From positions 212,536,001-212,600,000 of the forward strand of contig OX597815.1 of assembly GCA_951406725.2 (NCBI GenBank): DNA of 64,000 nucleotides, given 5' to 3'. Below the pieces are notes generated by a model, which saw nothing but the letters and a program-made list of their open reading frames with translations, was not told the origin of the DNA and searched no databases. Source of the DNA: Octopus vulgaris. Taxonomy: Eukaryota. The stretch's first letter is position 1. Each line of letters starts with the position of its first letter. The translations under genes and the position numbers were made by a program. Positions 1 to 12,540 of this stretch are shown piece after piece.

Positions 1-732
1 TACATTTCTGAAAATAATGATGTTAACGAAGCTGTTATCTACATGTAATAACTTATTTTAACATCTTAGACCTAATTAGCTGTGAAAACAACAAAAGCAG
101 CAGAATACACATAAATTATTTTTATAAATTAGTCAAAGAAAGTGATGTAGCACTCGTAAAATTTGTAGGTTACAGGCATTCAGCTATGAATAAATAACTC
201 CATTATCTTCCACATGCATGCATTCAGACACACACAAACACACAATCCACATCTTTTACTTATTTCTGTCTGCTTCTGTTCAACTAAACCCTTGTGGGAT
301 ATTGTCTTGTGTAATAGAGAAAACAATAGACTTGCCATGTCTAATACCAGTATTAGGGAAACTCAGCTACTGCATAGCAGAAGTCTGCTCCACAAATATT
401 AAAACCTGCAAGATACTGATATCATCTGCAAGTTTCCATGAAAACAGTGGCACTAATAAGCTCTATCATAGAAGAAAAGAGTAGGAAAGAAGCTTAAACT
501 TAATGTAGGCAGCTTTGCATGTCGTTGTGGTATTGTTCAGATAAAATCTGCAAAGCAATGGCAGCAAAAATATATTAACCAAGTGCTCAAAAGTAAAAGA
601 AACATCTATAAGCAAATAGTGAATGCCTCAAAAAGTACTGATATCCAAATACCTTCCAGAATTGCTGGACTAGGGTACCCAAACAAAAGCTTTGAAGTAA
701 AGCACTTCTCATATAGCAAATAATGGTAATGC

Positions 733-1270
733 ATGAATGTTTCCCTTAAGCTCAGAGATTTGGAAATGGCTTGGTTATTGCAAGAGCTGCCAGTCAAAAA
801 CTCTGCTTACAAGATTCCAGGAGCCACCAGGAGACAGTGCACACTGTTTTGGAGCCAATCTCTCAACTACTGCACATTTGCACTCTACCCAACCTTCCAC
901 TTTACTGATGTGAGATCCTGTCTACCAGATCAACTGACTTATTCTATCTTAAGTCCATTTCTGGATTCTCGCCATCGTTCAAATTGTGGAGTCCCACTTG
1001 CCAAACAGGCAAACCTCACATCACCTCTCCAACCAGGCTTCATCATACATTTTTTAGTCGTATCAAATGGCTGGCTCGCTCAACCGTTGATTGAATTTCC
1101 TTCAATTATCATTGATACTGATTAACAGTAGCCACAGTCTCGACCTGGCTTCAGTAAGAAACCAGACTGAGGCTATGGTTACCATCAACTTCTACAAGAA
1201 AGCGTGCTGCATTCCAGCTAACATCAACATGAAGTGTAGCCTATCTTGGATTCACAACCACTATGTTATG
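733..1270 (+). mobile_element. Degenerate Gypsy-like LTR retrotransposon gag remnant
   Basis: Translation NVSLKL..(W)LLQE...TRRQCTLF...DVRSCLP..TYSIL and downstream LSWIHNHY resemble invertebrate Gypsy gag motifs (VSLKLPxFW...WFxQxE; CWYHxxFG). Recognised by eye only. Confidence 0.35.
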
Positions 1271-1489
1271 TCACATTTTTAGAAATTATACTCATGAAAT
1301 TCAAAAGAAGGAGATAGTTACTAAATACCCAATGTACATAAGGATCTATAAAAGCTTTAAACCCCCAAGATGCAGCCAAAAATGTTCTATGGGACAGGGG
1401 ACAAAAGTCATACATGATAGCTAAAAGCAATCATTTGAAGGGCATGAAATAAGGTTTTAGTAAGTAAACCCTGGAAAGACTATAATCAG

Positions 1490-1800
1490 TTAACATCAAT
1501 GTCAGAACATTAAATTATCTTTGTGCAATAGCAGTTCCTTTGATTTAATCTATTTTGCAAAACAATAGCAAAAAATTCCTGATATGATGCCATAAAGTTA
1601 GTATTGTGAAAACAAAACAGTCAGTATCGACCAGAATGAAGAAGCAGTGGGGGAAAGTTTCATTTACTCTTCTAATGACAACATCCACTGATTCCAATGT
1701 AGATGCTTTTCTCTTCATTCATGCTTTCAAATAATCTAAAGAAGGAAATTCTTTATAAAAGAACAGCTAACTTTTCAGACTGCCCCATCCCACAGTAAAA
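1490..1800 (+). mobile_element. Highly decayed LINE AP-endonuclease N-terminus
   Basis: NINVRTL at ~1492 (cf. APE TxNVRTL), followed by SIVKTK and GESFIYS in broken frames. Confidence 0.3.
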
Positions 1801-2991
1801 CTAAAGTCTCATGTGTCCACATTGGATGACATGCTACGATGAAATCAGGGTAAACTCAACCCAAAATATGGGATATTACTGGTATGTACCACGTAAAATG
1901 GAGATGGGAAGAGTTTCCACAAAATCCTCAAGTTAAATGAGGGAAAATGTTATGCAACATGACTGGGGAAGAGCAGATACGGAAACAGAACCAGCATTCT
2001 GTCTACAGATTATGCTTTTTTTGTTGTCTGTAGAAATTAAACTGTATAGCTACGGCAAATGCTGTTCAACCATTCAGTGACACCTAGCACATATTGATTG
2101 TATATCAGGGCCAGTGTGTCTGTGTCTGTGTGAACATGCATGCACACACACACACGTGTGAACGTTATGTAATTTGAGATGAAAGATTCAGTTCAATTTG
2201 TCATGTGAAATATATCAATACAGAAGAACAACAGTTTAATAACCAAATGGTATTATGCAAACTAGATTTTTAGATGACCTTATTACGCTGTATTTATCTT
2301 TATATTTTATTTGCAATAACAATCAAATATTAAAATGGTCTGAAATAAACAATTATTACACCAAATTTTTCAATGTATATCAGAACAATTGATACAACTC
2401 TATAGTGTTTCATGCAGAGTGATTTTGCACAATGGACTACAGAAACATCAATTCAGATAATTCACTACCAGTTTACAGTCATTACTTTGTACAATGAATT
2501 ATGACTTATATACAACTAGGAAGTAGGGCCTCATAAACGAAGTGACAAAAGAAGAGAATGAGTAACTATGATTTATGTGTCAGGTCTATCCAACCCATGT
2601 TTACATAGAAAACAGATGTTAAAGCAATGATGATATACATCTAATCAATGCATTCATCATGTGTTTACCAGCTTCATAGACATTTTTTTTTTGTTTTTTG
2701 TAACTTCAATTTCAGAGCTTCATTTATTTAAAATGTCAACATCTTTTACTAAACATTAGAAATATAAATTCTTCTTCCTAAAGCACTATTAAACTTGGAT
2801 AACGTATAGCAATGTTATAGGTTATGCAAGTTCAAACACAAGTCAGTATAATTAATAAGAACATCACATATACTCATGAACTATTTCTAAATACACATGG
2901 AGATATCAACACTTTGTACCAACATTTTAACATGAATGCAGAGAGAAACACATCAACTCCTATGTAAAATAACTCTTTCAAATTTCATTTT

Positions 2992-3649
2992 TACGAGGGT
3001 GAGTTGAAAAGTTCATAGGCTGACTATGAAAGGGTAATGCAAGAAATGCGAAATCTTGCATGCAATTCAACTCTTATTAATAACTGCATTTTTTTCTTTC
3101 CAGATAAACTGACACGTGATTGCTCAAAGAAATCTTCAAAAGTAACTAGTTTTGACTTCTCTTGAAAATGGACAAAATTTAGTATCTTCAAAAAGGTTAC
3201 ACCCTCAACGGAAAGTACTATGCCAAATTGTTGAGGGAGTTACTAAAGACTATCAAAACCAAACACCCAGGAAAATTGACGAAAGAGGTCTTGTTTCATT
3301 AGGACAATGCTCCAGCATACAAGACCTTGTTTTCAATTTCTGCTGTGCATGACTGTGGCTTTGAACTGGTTGATCACCCTCCATATTCTCCTGAATTGGT
3401 CCTATCTGACTATCATCTGTTCTTCAACATGAAAAAAAAAAGACTTGGCTAGGAACCAGTATCACACAGATGATGGCATCATATCTGATCAACAAGATAA
3501 AAACTTTTTCACTAACGGGATACAAGCACTGCAATAGTGGTGGAAGAAGTGTGTGAATCGCAAAGGGGATTATGTTGAAAAATAAGTCATTTGGTCACAT
3601 TCCATGAGAATATCTTATCAGCTTATGAATTCTTCAGCCAACCCTCGTA
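2992..3649 (+). mobile_element. Mariner (D,D34D-type) internally deleted element
   Basis: ~30-bp TIRs TA-CGAGGGTGAGTTGAAAAGTTCATAGGCTGA / TCAGCTTATGAATTCTTCAGCCAACCCTCG-TA with TA TSD. Internal residues LFH*DNAPAY and HPPYSPELVLSDYHLF match mariner HDNA and YSPDLAPSDY motifs. Confidence 0.92.
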
Positions 3650-3690
3650 GAATGTTCTTCACATTTAACATCACGAAACAATTAATTTTA

Positions 3691-3734
<44 letters not shown>

Positions 3735-3740
3735 AACTAT

Positions 3741-4130
3741 ATAGGTGTGGCTGTGTGATAAGAAACTTGTTTCCCAACCACATGGTTCCAAGTTCAGTCC
3801 AACCTCATGGCACTTTGGGACAAGTGTCTTCTACTAAAGCCTCAGGTCAAGCAAAGGTTTGTGAGATTTGGTAGAAGGAAACAGAAAGAAGCCCATCATG
3901 TGTACATGTGTATCTTTGTGTCCGTATTTGTTTCCCACCACTGCATGACAGTTGTTATTGGTATGTTTATGTCTCTGTAACTTAGCAGTTCAGCAAAAGA
4001 TATCGATAGAATAAGTACCAGATTTTAAAAAGACAGTACTGAGGTTGATTCATTCAACTAAAAACTATTCAAGGTGGTGCTCCAGCATGGCCACAATCTA
4101 ATGACGGAAGGAAATAACAGATAAAAGATA
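3741..4130 (+). mobile_element. SINE family A (tRNA head, internal microsatellite, CR1-like 3' tail), diverged copy
   Basis: Aligns by eye to 10360-10773, including the tail GGTGGTGCTCCAGCATGGCCAC. Confidence 0.85.
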
Positions 4131-4131
4131 C

Positions 4132-4168
<37 letters not shown>

Positions 4169-4569
4169 AATATATACAAATAATATGGCTGGCTAATTGG
4201 CAATTTTACAACCTAATGGTAGAAATATATACATCACTAAAGTAACAGAGGACACTAATCAGCACCAGCATTGCTAGAAATAAGAGTGAAAACAACTCAA
4301 TAGCTACAGAAGCACTATCGCACTATCTTAATGACTGACAAGAAAGGCAAGCTCCCTACACTCACAAATACAGCCAGATCATCGATGACTTCACATTTTG
4401 ATGTTTAACACATCTTAACGCTTATCGGTGGGTCTCACCGCACCTAGGGTTAAACTCAGCTTGCCATGCCAGCTTAAAAGATTTCCATTGAAATCATATG
4501 CTGATTTCATAAATGGTAAAAATGAAGTGAGTTCATGGCTCGCAGGACGGCCTACTGTGCTTACCTTGG

Positions 4570-4980
4570 ATAGTAGGAAGACCTGCTGTGCTTGAGGAGA
4601 CCTACTGAGTCAAGTACATCAACATCAAAATAAATATCAAATGGAAATTGTAGTTGTGATGCCTGTACCAGTGGCACGTAAAAAGCACCATCCGAACGTG
4701 GCCGATGCTAGCACCACCTTGACTGATGTCCGTGCCGGTGGCACATAAAAAGCACCAGCTGATCGTGGCCGTTGCCAGCCTCCCCTGGCACCTGTGCCAG
4801 TGGCGTGTAAAAAGCACCCACTACACTGATGGAGTGGTTGGTATTAGGAAGGGCATCCAGCTGTAGAAACACTGCCACATCAGACTGGAGCCTGGTGCAG
4901 CCTCCAGGCTTCCCAGACCCTGGTCAAACCGCCCAACCCATGCTAGCATGGAAAACAGACGTTAAACGATGATGATGATG
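4570..4980 (+). mobile_element. RTE 3'-end copy (family R) with GGCACGTAAAAAGCACC repeats and (GAT)n tail
   Basis: Repeated GTGGCACGTAAAAAGCACC, then AGGAAGGGCATCCAG...CATGCTAGCATGG...(GAT)n. Same tail as the RTE at 57875-58866. Confidence 0.85.
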
Positions 4981-5494
4981 AAGCATTACTACTAATATGC
5001 AATTCACATCTCCAAGAGAGCCAAACGACTGATAGATACAGTCCTCTGTTTCATTAACAGACCCATAAATCAACAACCCTAAAACGCATTGTGAATTGTT
5101 AAGTCGCAGCTACACAAGCAGAAATAAAAGAACTAAACAAATGGGGTAAAATTACTGGCACCAGCTGGGGTATATTCATATGCAAATGTAACGTATGCAA
5201 GAGGCCGAACTAAAAACATTAAAAAAATTTTATATCTTTATGCAATGAACAGCCTGCAAGTTCTCAGCTTTCCTCAAATGCAGCTGCGCTTTCCAAATCT
5301 TTGACAAGGGGATCTCCACTAGCTTAACTGAATCCCCTTAAATCAAACAGCTCCATAAAATAATTGTTAGGCATTCATTACTTTATATCTTTCATAAGGG
5401 ATAAGACAGCCTAATCTCTTTCATCATCATCATTATCATAATTTAAGGTCCATTTTCTAAGCTGGCATGGGGCAGATGGTTTATTGTTTATATT

Positions 5495-6300
5495 TTTTTT
5501 ACATGCTTCAGTCGTTAAACTGAGGCCATGCTGGGGCACCATCTTGAAGAATTTTAGTCAAACTAATCGACTCCATTACTGTTTTTTAAGCATGCTTATT
5601 CTGCTTTGGTCTCTTTGTTGAACGGCTACATTACAGGGACATAAACACACCAACACCGGTTGTCAAGTGGTGGTGGGAGACAAACACAGACACAAAAAGA
5701 TATACACACACGTGTATGTGTGTACGTACACACACCTTTTAAATTCGTTTATGGTAAAGTTAGGGGTATGCAAATAAAGCTCCCATTTCGTTATGCCAGC
5801 TACCGTCTAACGATACTGACCAGTAAGTCAGTTTTCTGGGGTTGCATCATGGTTATATTGATACAATATAAATATAATAAGGATAAATATAATAACAATA
5901 TTTCTAAGATGGAATCCATAAATATTTAATACATCACTATGCACATTTCTACAAATCATAGAATTTTGACATCAGAGTCAGTATTCTTGGGATTAGTACA
6001 GTATAGTCCGTAGTATCCATGGGCTTCCGGTTGATCATCATCATTGATTCATTTCATCAGGCCAGAGTGCATCATTGAATGAATGTTTATCCTTTCTTGC
6101 CAATATGAAGGTCAATCAAGCTAAAATTATTGTTATTATATATATGTATATATGTATACACACACAATGGGATTCTTTCAGTTTCCATGTACCACATCCA
6201 CTGACAATGTTTTGGTCAGCCCAAGGCTACAGTAGAAGACACTTGCCCAAGGTGCTATGCAGTGGGACTGAACTCAGGACCATGTCGTTGGGTAGCATGG
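5495..6300 (-). mobile_element. SINE family A copy split by a ~400-bp insert (5735-6135) at its microsatellite
   Basis: 3' half at 5495-5730 and 5' half at 6140-6300 match the reverse complement of family A. Confidence 0.7.
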
Positions 6301-6679
6301 TTTCTGTGATAGGATACTCTTCCTAATACAAACCACATTAGTTTGTACTGGATGCTCTTTTTCTGAGGAACTTACAAGACAAGGGGAAAAAAGAAAAAAA
6401 AAGTAGGGGGAGAAAAAGTTCCTACTTCTGAGTGGGGGGAGGACACATTTAAGAGGGGGAGGTGGCTTTATGCTGTGTGTTGAAAGACTAAAGTTTGACT
6501 ACAATAGTCAGTAACGCATGACTGAAGGACATGCACAGGTGTCTTCAGGAGATGCACACCTACTTCAAATTAATTAATTATATAAGAGTGAACACAAATA
6601 CACAATCACTGCACAAATCAAAGAAACAGTTGTGTTTCTCTTGCTAATGAAAATATTGATCCTCTGAACTACCTAACAG

Positions 6680-6715
<36 letters not shown>

Positions 6716-7399
6716 CACTTGTCACCTTGTCTCAGATTCTACACTTAACACTTCACCTTGTCCTTTTTACCAGAAATGTAACCATCAGAAACTTTTGTCC
6801 TTGACCATATTGTTTCTACAAATGTTAAAGTTGACCAAGAAAAGCCATGTCAATTTTCATCAGTTTAGCAGTGGACATGGATGAAGAGGAATGCAGAACT
6901 TATGGACACTAACCTTTATAATCTGATTAACTTATAAAGAATATACCTAATTCTTTACTGGACTCTCCTTCATTATTAGCCCAATCTCCTCTTCATCCTA
7001 TATTAACAGCCATCAAGAGCAACAAATCTTTTGATGCTGAAGAGGAGAAGGGTATTCCTACCATTATCATAAAATGTGTTCCTGAGACCCTTTCAATCTT
7101 TAATGAATTCATCAATTCTCTCTTTCTGGTGCCACATATGAGTGCCAATACCGGTCAATGCCACATAAGATTATCTGGGGAATAAATTTTCAATTTTTGC
7201 CAATTGAATTAGATTTGACAGTTAATTCTTGATAATTTGGGTGCACTGAGCACAAATCTTTACTTGGTTTTTCTATATCAGGTCCTGATTTCATAAAACT
7301 ACATGATTTAGTCACTAGTATACTGTAACTTACCTAAAGTGTCATTGTAGCTTTGGTACATAAACGAAAATTTACAGAAAATGTTTATAAGAATCTCAT

Positions 7400-7875
7400 A
7401 TAAGCTACTGGGAAAGACTCAAGAGATTAAGATTCTATTCCTTAGAGCGTAGGCGAGAAAGATATGCCATAATATACATCTGGAAGATCCTGGAAGGACT
7501 TGTCCCAAACTTTGGTATCAAGAGTTACATAAATACTAAAACTGGGCACCACTGCATAGTGCCAAGGACTCCAAATTTGCCATCAAGATGTAGGACAAGA
7601 TACTGCAATAGCCTGGGCTTCAGAGGTCCACAGCTCTTCAATATCCTCCCAAAGGACCCAAGAGACCTGCATGGGGTGGATGCAGATATCTTCAAAATAA
7701 AGCTGGACCTCTTCCTCTCAGGGGGTGCAGATGAGGGCAACTGCATCAAACTCTCATGCACCAAATGTCAATTGCTAAAAAGCATTCGTGAAGTAAAATC
7801 ATGTAGCAACACCGAATGGCGGTGCCCCAGCATGGCCACAGCTGGTGAGCTGAAACTAGATGAAATGAAATGAAA
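7400..7875 (+). mobile_element. CR1-clade LINE 3' fragment
   Basis: SYWERLKRLRFYSLERRRERYAIIYIWKILEGLVPN...GPQLFNILP...FKIKLDLFL; short 3' UTR and (AATGA)n tail. Confidence 0.9.
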
Positions 7876-8288
7876 TATTGCATAAGGTTGGGACACATAG
7901 AAATGTTAAATATTTAGGTAATTAACTTTTGATAAAATTCATAAAAGTAAGTCTCTCGTCACTTTTGTTAATGCATTCTTACTCATGTGGTCATGTACAG
8001 GTACATTTGACTAACTTTGAATAGAAATAACGAAGGTGAATTTAATCGAATGGAATTTAGAGAAGAATGATTCAATGGAATTTAGCTGCATCATGAGAGC
8101 AATTTTTATTTATGTCAAAAATGATCTTTTGACACAATTTTTTTTTCCCCATACAGGTGTGGAAAGAGCCTACTAACCATGAGACTGATTGCTACTTTTG
8201 CTTTGTCAAGACTTCAGGCTTCACTACATAAAAAATAAACACTGAATCAAGTATCCAAAATTTCAACACTGGAATACGACCTGCACTA

Positions 8289-8845
8289 CATCATCATCAT
8301 CATCATCATCGTTTAACGTCCGCTTTCCATGCTAGCATGGGTTGGACGATTTGACTGAGGACTGGCGAACCAGATGGCTGTACCAGGCTCCAATCTTCAT
8401 CTGGCAGAGTTTTTACAGCTGGATGCCCTTCCTAACGCCAACCACTCCGAGAGTGTAGTGGGTGTTTTTACGTACCACCGGCACGGGGCCAGTCAGGCGG
8501 CACTGGCAACGACCTTGCTCGAATCTTTTACACATGCCACCGGCATGGGTGCCATTAAGGCGATACTGGTAACGATCCCGCTCGAGTGGTGTTTTTTACG
8601 TGCCACCTGCACGGGGGCCAGATAGCCGCTCTGGCAACGATCACGCTCGGATGGTGCTCTTAATACCCTACTAGCACGGGGCTCAAGTGCCAGTAGTGCG
8701 ACGCTGGTAACGATCACGCTCGAATGGTGCCTTTTAAGTGCCACTGGCACAGAAGCCGGTTAGCCGCTCTGTCAATGATCACACTCGTATGGTGCTCTTT
8801 CACCCCACTAGCACGGACACCAGTCATTGAATTGATTTCGATTTT
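8289..8845 (-). mobile_element. Family R (RTE 3' end) copy inserted in the Chapaev-like transposase
   Basis: (CAT)n tail at 8289 followed by the reverse complement of family R; very similar to 61830-62228. Confidence 0.88.
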
Positions 8846-9401
8846 TGAAATTCCCGTTCCAATATTTAAGAGTTTACCACCTCAAGAATTAGTTGAAGAT
8901 GTTCCAGAAAATATTGTTATGCACACTGAGGAGTCTGTCACAGATTTGAACCCCAGCAAATTTGAAAGTCAAAATGATCTGCAAAAATTTAACCAGGCCA
9001 AGTTGAATGATCTTGTAAGAGTTGAATGATCTTTAGAATCAAGTGTCAAATATTATTCAATAAAATGTGTTCCCCAGGGTTATCTGTGTCAGCACCACAT
9101 TAAAAGTGTCCATGTCAGTGTAATTTTGAAAATACTCAGTACATTTTATGAAGTGATTGGCATTAGGAAGGGCATCCAGCCATAGAAACCATGCCAAAAC
9201 AAACGAAATGGTGCCTGGGAAGTTCTCCAGTTCTAGTCAAACTGGCCAACCTATGCCAGTAGAGAGAACAGACGTTAGAGGACGATGACAATGACAACGG
9301 AGATGATGACAACTAATAACCTGCTGTTAGAACTCAATAAACATGCTTTAGAGTAAAGCAGGCATTAGGCGAGTACAAAGTGTAATATGAAATTAAAAGT
9401 A

Positions 9402-9596
9402 TGACAAGGGAACAGGAATTATATGAACAACTTCATTAGTTTACAACTGTTTTGCACTCAAGGCTGAGTGCTTGTGCATCATGCTATAGCTTCCAAAATG
9501 CTAGAAGCATCAAGAAAGCTCAGAGCTCACTGCATCTTATAGCAGAAACAGCTATTAGCTAATGAAGTTGATTATGTAATTCCTGTTCCATTGTCA
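9402..9596. repeat. Inverted-repeat element with ~52-bp arms (possibly Penelope-derived)
   Basis: TGACAAGGGAACAGGAATTATATGAACAACTTCATTAG.. versus ..CTAATGAAGTTGATTATGTAATTCCTGTTCCATTGTCA. Confidence 0.75.
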
Positions 9597-9847
9597 GTCA
9601 TTTAACCCTTAGGAGATGACAGGGCTGGTCTATCGGTCAAAGAGTCAAATGACAAAGAAGATTTTATTAGTTCATTCAATTTCCTACAAGAATATATATA
9701 GTATTATTTTATTTTTTATGACTTTTTTTTTTCTTGACAAACAAGTGCATGCCCTCTGTAGGGCTTGTGAAAAGGGCTGCATCTTGTTGGCACTGAAAAT
9801 CCAGATAAAGCTCTGTCTCCAAAGGGTTAATATAAATTAATAAATGA

Positions 9848-10062
9848 AGGCGACAAGCTGGCAGAACCATGAGCATAGCAGGCAAAATGCCTAGTGCCAT
9901 TTTGTCCTTCTCTACATTCTGAGTTCAAATTCCACCAAGATCAACTTTGCCTTTCATCCTTCCAGGGTCAATAAAATAAGCACCAGCTGAGCTTTGGGGG
10001 CCAATGTAATCAATTTATTCCTCTCCCAAAATTACTGGCCTTGTACCAAAATTTTCAACCAA
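9848..10062 (+). mobile_element. SINE family C (AAGGCG..GCTGGCAGAA head; GCCTTTCATCCTTT central domain)
   Basis: B-box GAGTTCAAATTCC and conserved central domain shared with many other copies in the window. Confidence 0.8.
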
Positions 10063-10151
10063 CATACATTAGTAAGTATCTACTGTGTAACATAAAACAT
10101 GCCTCATTTTTGAAATAAGGCATCAACTGCTCTTATATCAAACACCTTTAA

Positions 10152-10782
10152 CCCTTTTGATACCAACCCGGCTAAAACCACCTCTGGCTCTGTAGTACAA
10201 ATGTCTTGTTTCCATAAGTTTCAAATTAAAATCTTCCACCAAACCTCAGTCACAATTTACGTTCGTACATTAGCTTAACGATAACTTATTTTACTAAATT
10301 CTTTGTTATATCTAAAATTAATTGGACGAAACACAAAGCATCTCAAAATAAATACAGTAGGCGCAGGAGTGGCTGTGTGGTAAGTAGCTTGTTTACCAAC
10401 CACATGGTTCCGGGTTCAGTCCCACTGCGTGGCACCTTGGGCAAGTGTCTTCTACTATAGCCTCGGGCCGACCAATGCCTTGTGAGTGGATTTGGTAGAC
10501 GGAAACTGAAAGAAGCCCGTCGTACATATGTATATATATATATATATGTATGTATGTGTATGTGTGTGTCTGTGTTTGTTCCCCCAGCATTGCTTGACGA
10601 CCGATGCTGGTGTGCTTATGTCCCCGTTACTTAGCGGTTCGGCAAAAGAGACCGATAGAATAAGTACTGGGCTTACAAAAAGAATAAGTCCCGGGGTCGA
10701 TTTGCTCGACTAAAGGCGGTGCTCCAGCATGGCCGCAGTCAACTGACTGAAGCAAGTAAAAGAGTAAAGAGTAATGAAAGGG
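10152..10782. mobile_element. piggyBac-like MITE family P1 carrying a SINE insertion
   Basis: TTAA-CCCTTT...AAAGGG-TTAA; same internal sequence as 12039, 29516 and 30649. Confidence 0.85.
10360..10773 (+). mobile_element. SINE family A, young full-length copy
   Basis: Head with A-box-like TGGCTGTGTGG and B-box-like GGTTCAGTCCC, CORE-like ACCTTGGGCAAGTG, internal (TA)/(TG) tract, (AAGAGTA)n tail; CpGs retained. Confidence 0.9.
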
Positions 10783-11089
10783 TTAAAGTAAGGGCAATGC
10801 CCAATTTTCCACATTACCTTCCATCTGTTTCCCTTGGCAATAATTATAATTCCATGTCTCATAATGCCCCCTTTCAACTGAAAGCACATTCTTAGACATA
10901 AATCCTTGTAGTCTTTTAAAAAGGGCTTAAAATTGTGTCACACAACACAGTATTTCTCAAATGTTTAATCATGAGATACAAACATTCTAAACAGCAACTG
11001 AGAAAACAGAGAGAGTTGCTCTCCCTGATTTTTACAACATTTGCTGTTCATTATTCTTCAAAGTTCTACACTGCCTCATCTGAACTCTC

Positions 11090-11150
<61 letters not shown>

Positions 11151-11326
11151 CTTTAAGTCAACATAATTATGTTAGAAAGATAAATTTTGAAAACACATAC
11201 TCTGAGGAAACCTAAATAAACCACTGTCCACTGTTTTGAACCAGAAAATTTAATGTATAGCTGCATGTGTGAGTGCATCTATAAGTAGATATTTGGATGA
11301 ATATCAGCGTCTGTGCATATCTTATG

Positions 11327-11372
<46 letters not shown>

Positions 11373-12038
11373 GGGGTACACATGGACGTGTATAAGTCCT
11401 ACATTGAGAGAGCTTCATAAAGGCCATACATTTCACAAGTTTATGTGGATCTGGCTAGATGCAATGTAATATTTAATAAAACAGTTGACCTTACAATGGA
11501 AAAGAAGTAGCCAGTTTTGAGTCTACTAAATCTCTTATATTGCGGAATACACTTTGCAGAAAAGGAAGACAATACTGAAGGAAAAAGAATTGTCTTATTC
11601 CATACAACAGATGCAAATCAGTTCTGCCAACCAAAATTCCCAGACTTGAACTTTCTGGCGCTTTTTTTCTACCCTTTTGTTTTGTTACAATACAATAACC
11701 TTGTTTCAGTTAATTTATAAAACAATGAAGAATCTAGTAAGATAACTTTGTCATTATAAAACTGGTGTTAGGAACATAAATGAACACAAAAGTTTGTAAT
11801 ATAGAACTAGGGGTGGTCTCGGGTGAGTTGGTATTAAAAAGGTCAATAACAAAACTTACAATTCAAACTATCAACCTGACCAATGGCCAACAATAGCAAC
11901 TTCTGAAGTCAAATAATTTCTGATGTCTAAGTAGGCTTAAAAAGGTTATAAGCCTGCCTCACAGTAAGCTGCCAAACCAAAACAGGGTTTCTATGTGAAC
12001 ATTCAACCTCTTAAAAATAGCATTCAAATCTCCTTTAA

Positions 12039-12259
12039 CCCTTTCAGTACTGGATTTATTTTGAGATGCTGTGTGTTTCTTTCAATTACTTTAAATATAA
12101 CAAAGAATTTAGTAAAATAATTTTAGTTATCATTAAGCTAGTGTTAGGAAAATAAATTGTGACTAAGGTTTGGTGGAAGATTTAAATTCAAGACTTAAGA
12201 AAACAAGACATTTGTACTCAGAGCTAGGGCCGGTTTCAGCCGGGTTGGTAATGAAAGGG
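12039..12259. mobile_element. piggyBac-like MITE family P1
   Basis: TTAA TSDs and CCCTTTCA/TGAAAGGG TIRs. Confidence 0.88.
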
Positions 12260-12338
12260 TTAAAACATGGTCAGTTGATTTTAAAAAGGAAGACGTAAGC
12301 ATCCAGGATAGTGTAGTCCTAAATAAACCATACTTTCA

Positions 12339-12540
12339 GGGTGCAGTGATGGCTGTGTGGCCAGAAGTCTGCTTCCCAATTACACAGTTCTGGGTTCAGC
12401 CCCACTGTGTGGCACCTTGGGCCAGTATCCTCTACTAAAGCTCCAGTCTAACCAAAACCATGTGAGAGAATTTGATAGACGGAAACTGAAAGAAGCTGTT
12501 GTATTTAGATGCAAATGTGTGTGTGTGTGTGTGTGTGTTA
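12339..12540 (+). mobile_element. SINE family A-related 5' part
   Basis: Same head and CORE-like domain as 10360. Confidence 0.7.

Larger units (their letters stand above)
7230..9025 (+). mobile_element. Chapaev3-like (CMC) DNA transposase remnant interrupted by two retroelements
   Basis: VWKEPTNHETDCYFCFVKTSGF...IKYP..TGIRPALH (8157-8290) and FEIPVPIF...FNQAKLNDLVR (8846-9020) match the WREPxxHxxDCYFC and FxQxELNDLVRDL motifs. Family assignment is from memory. Confidence 0.7.
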
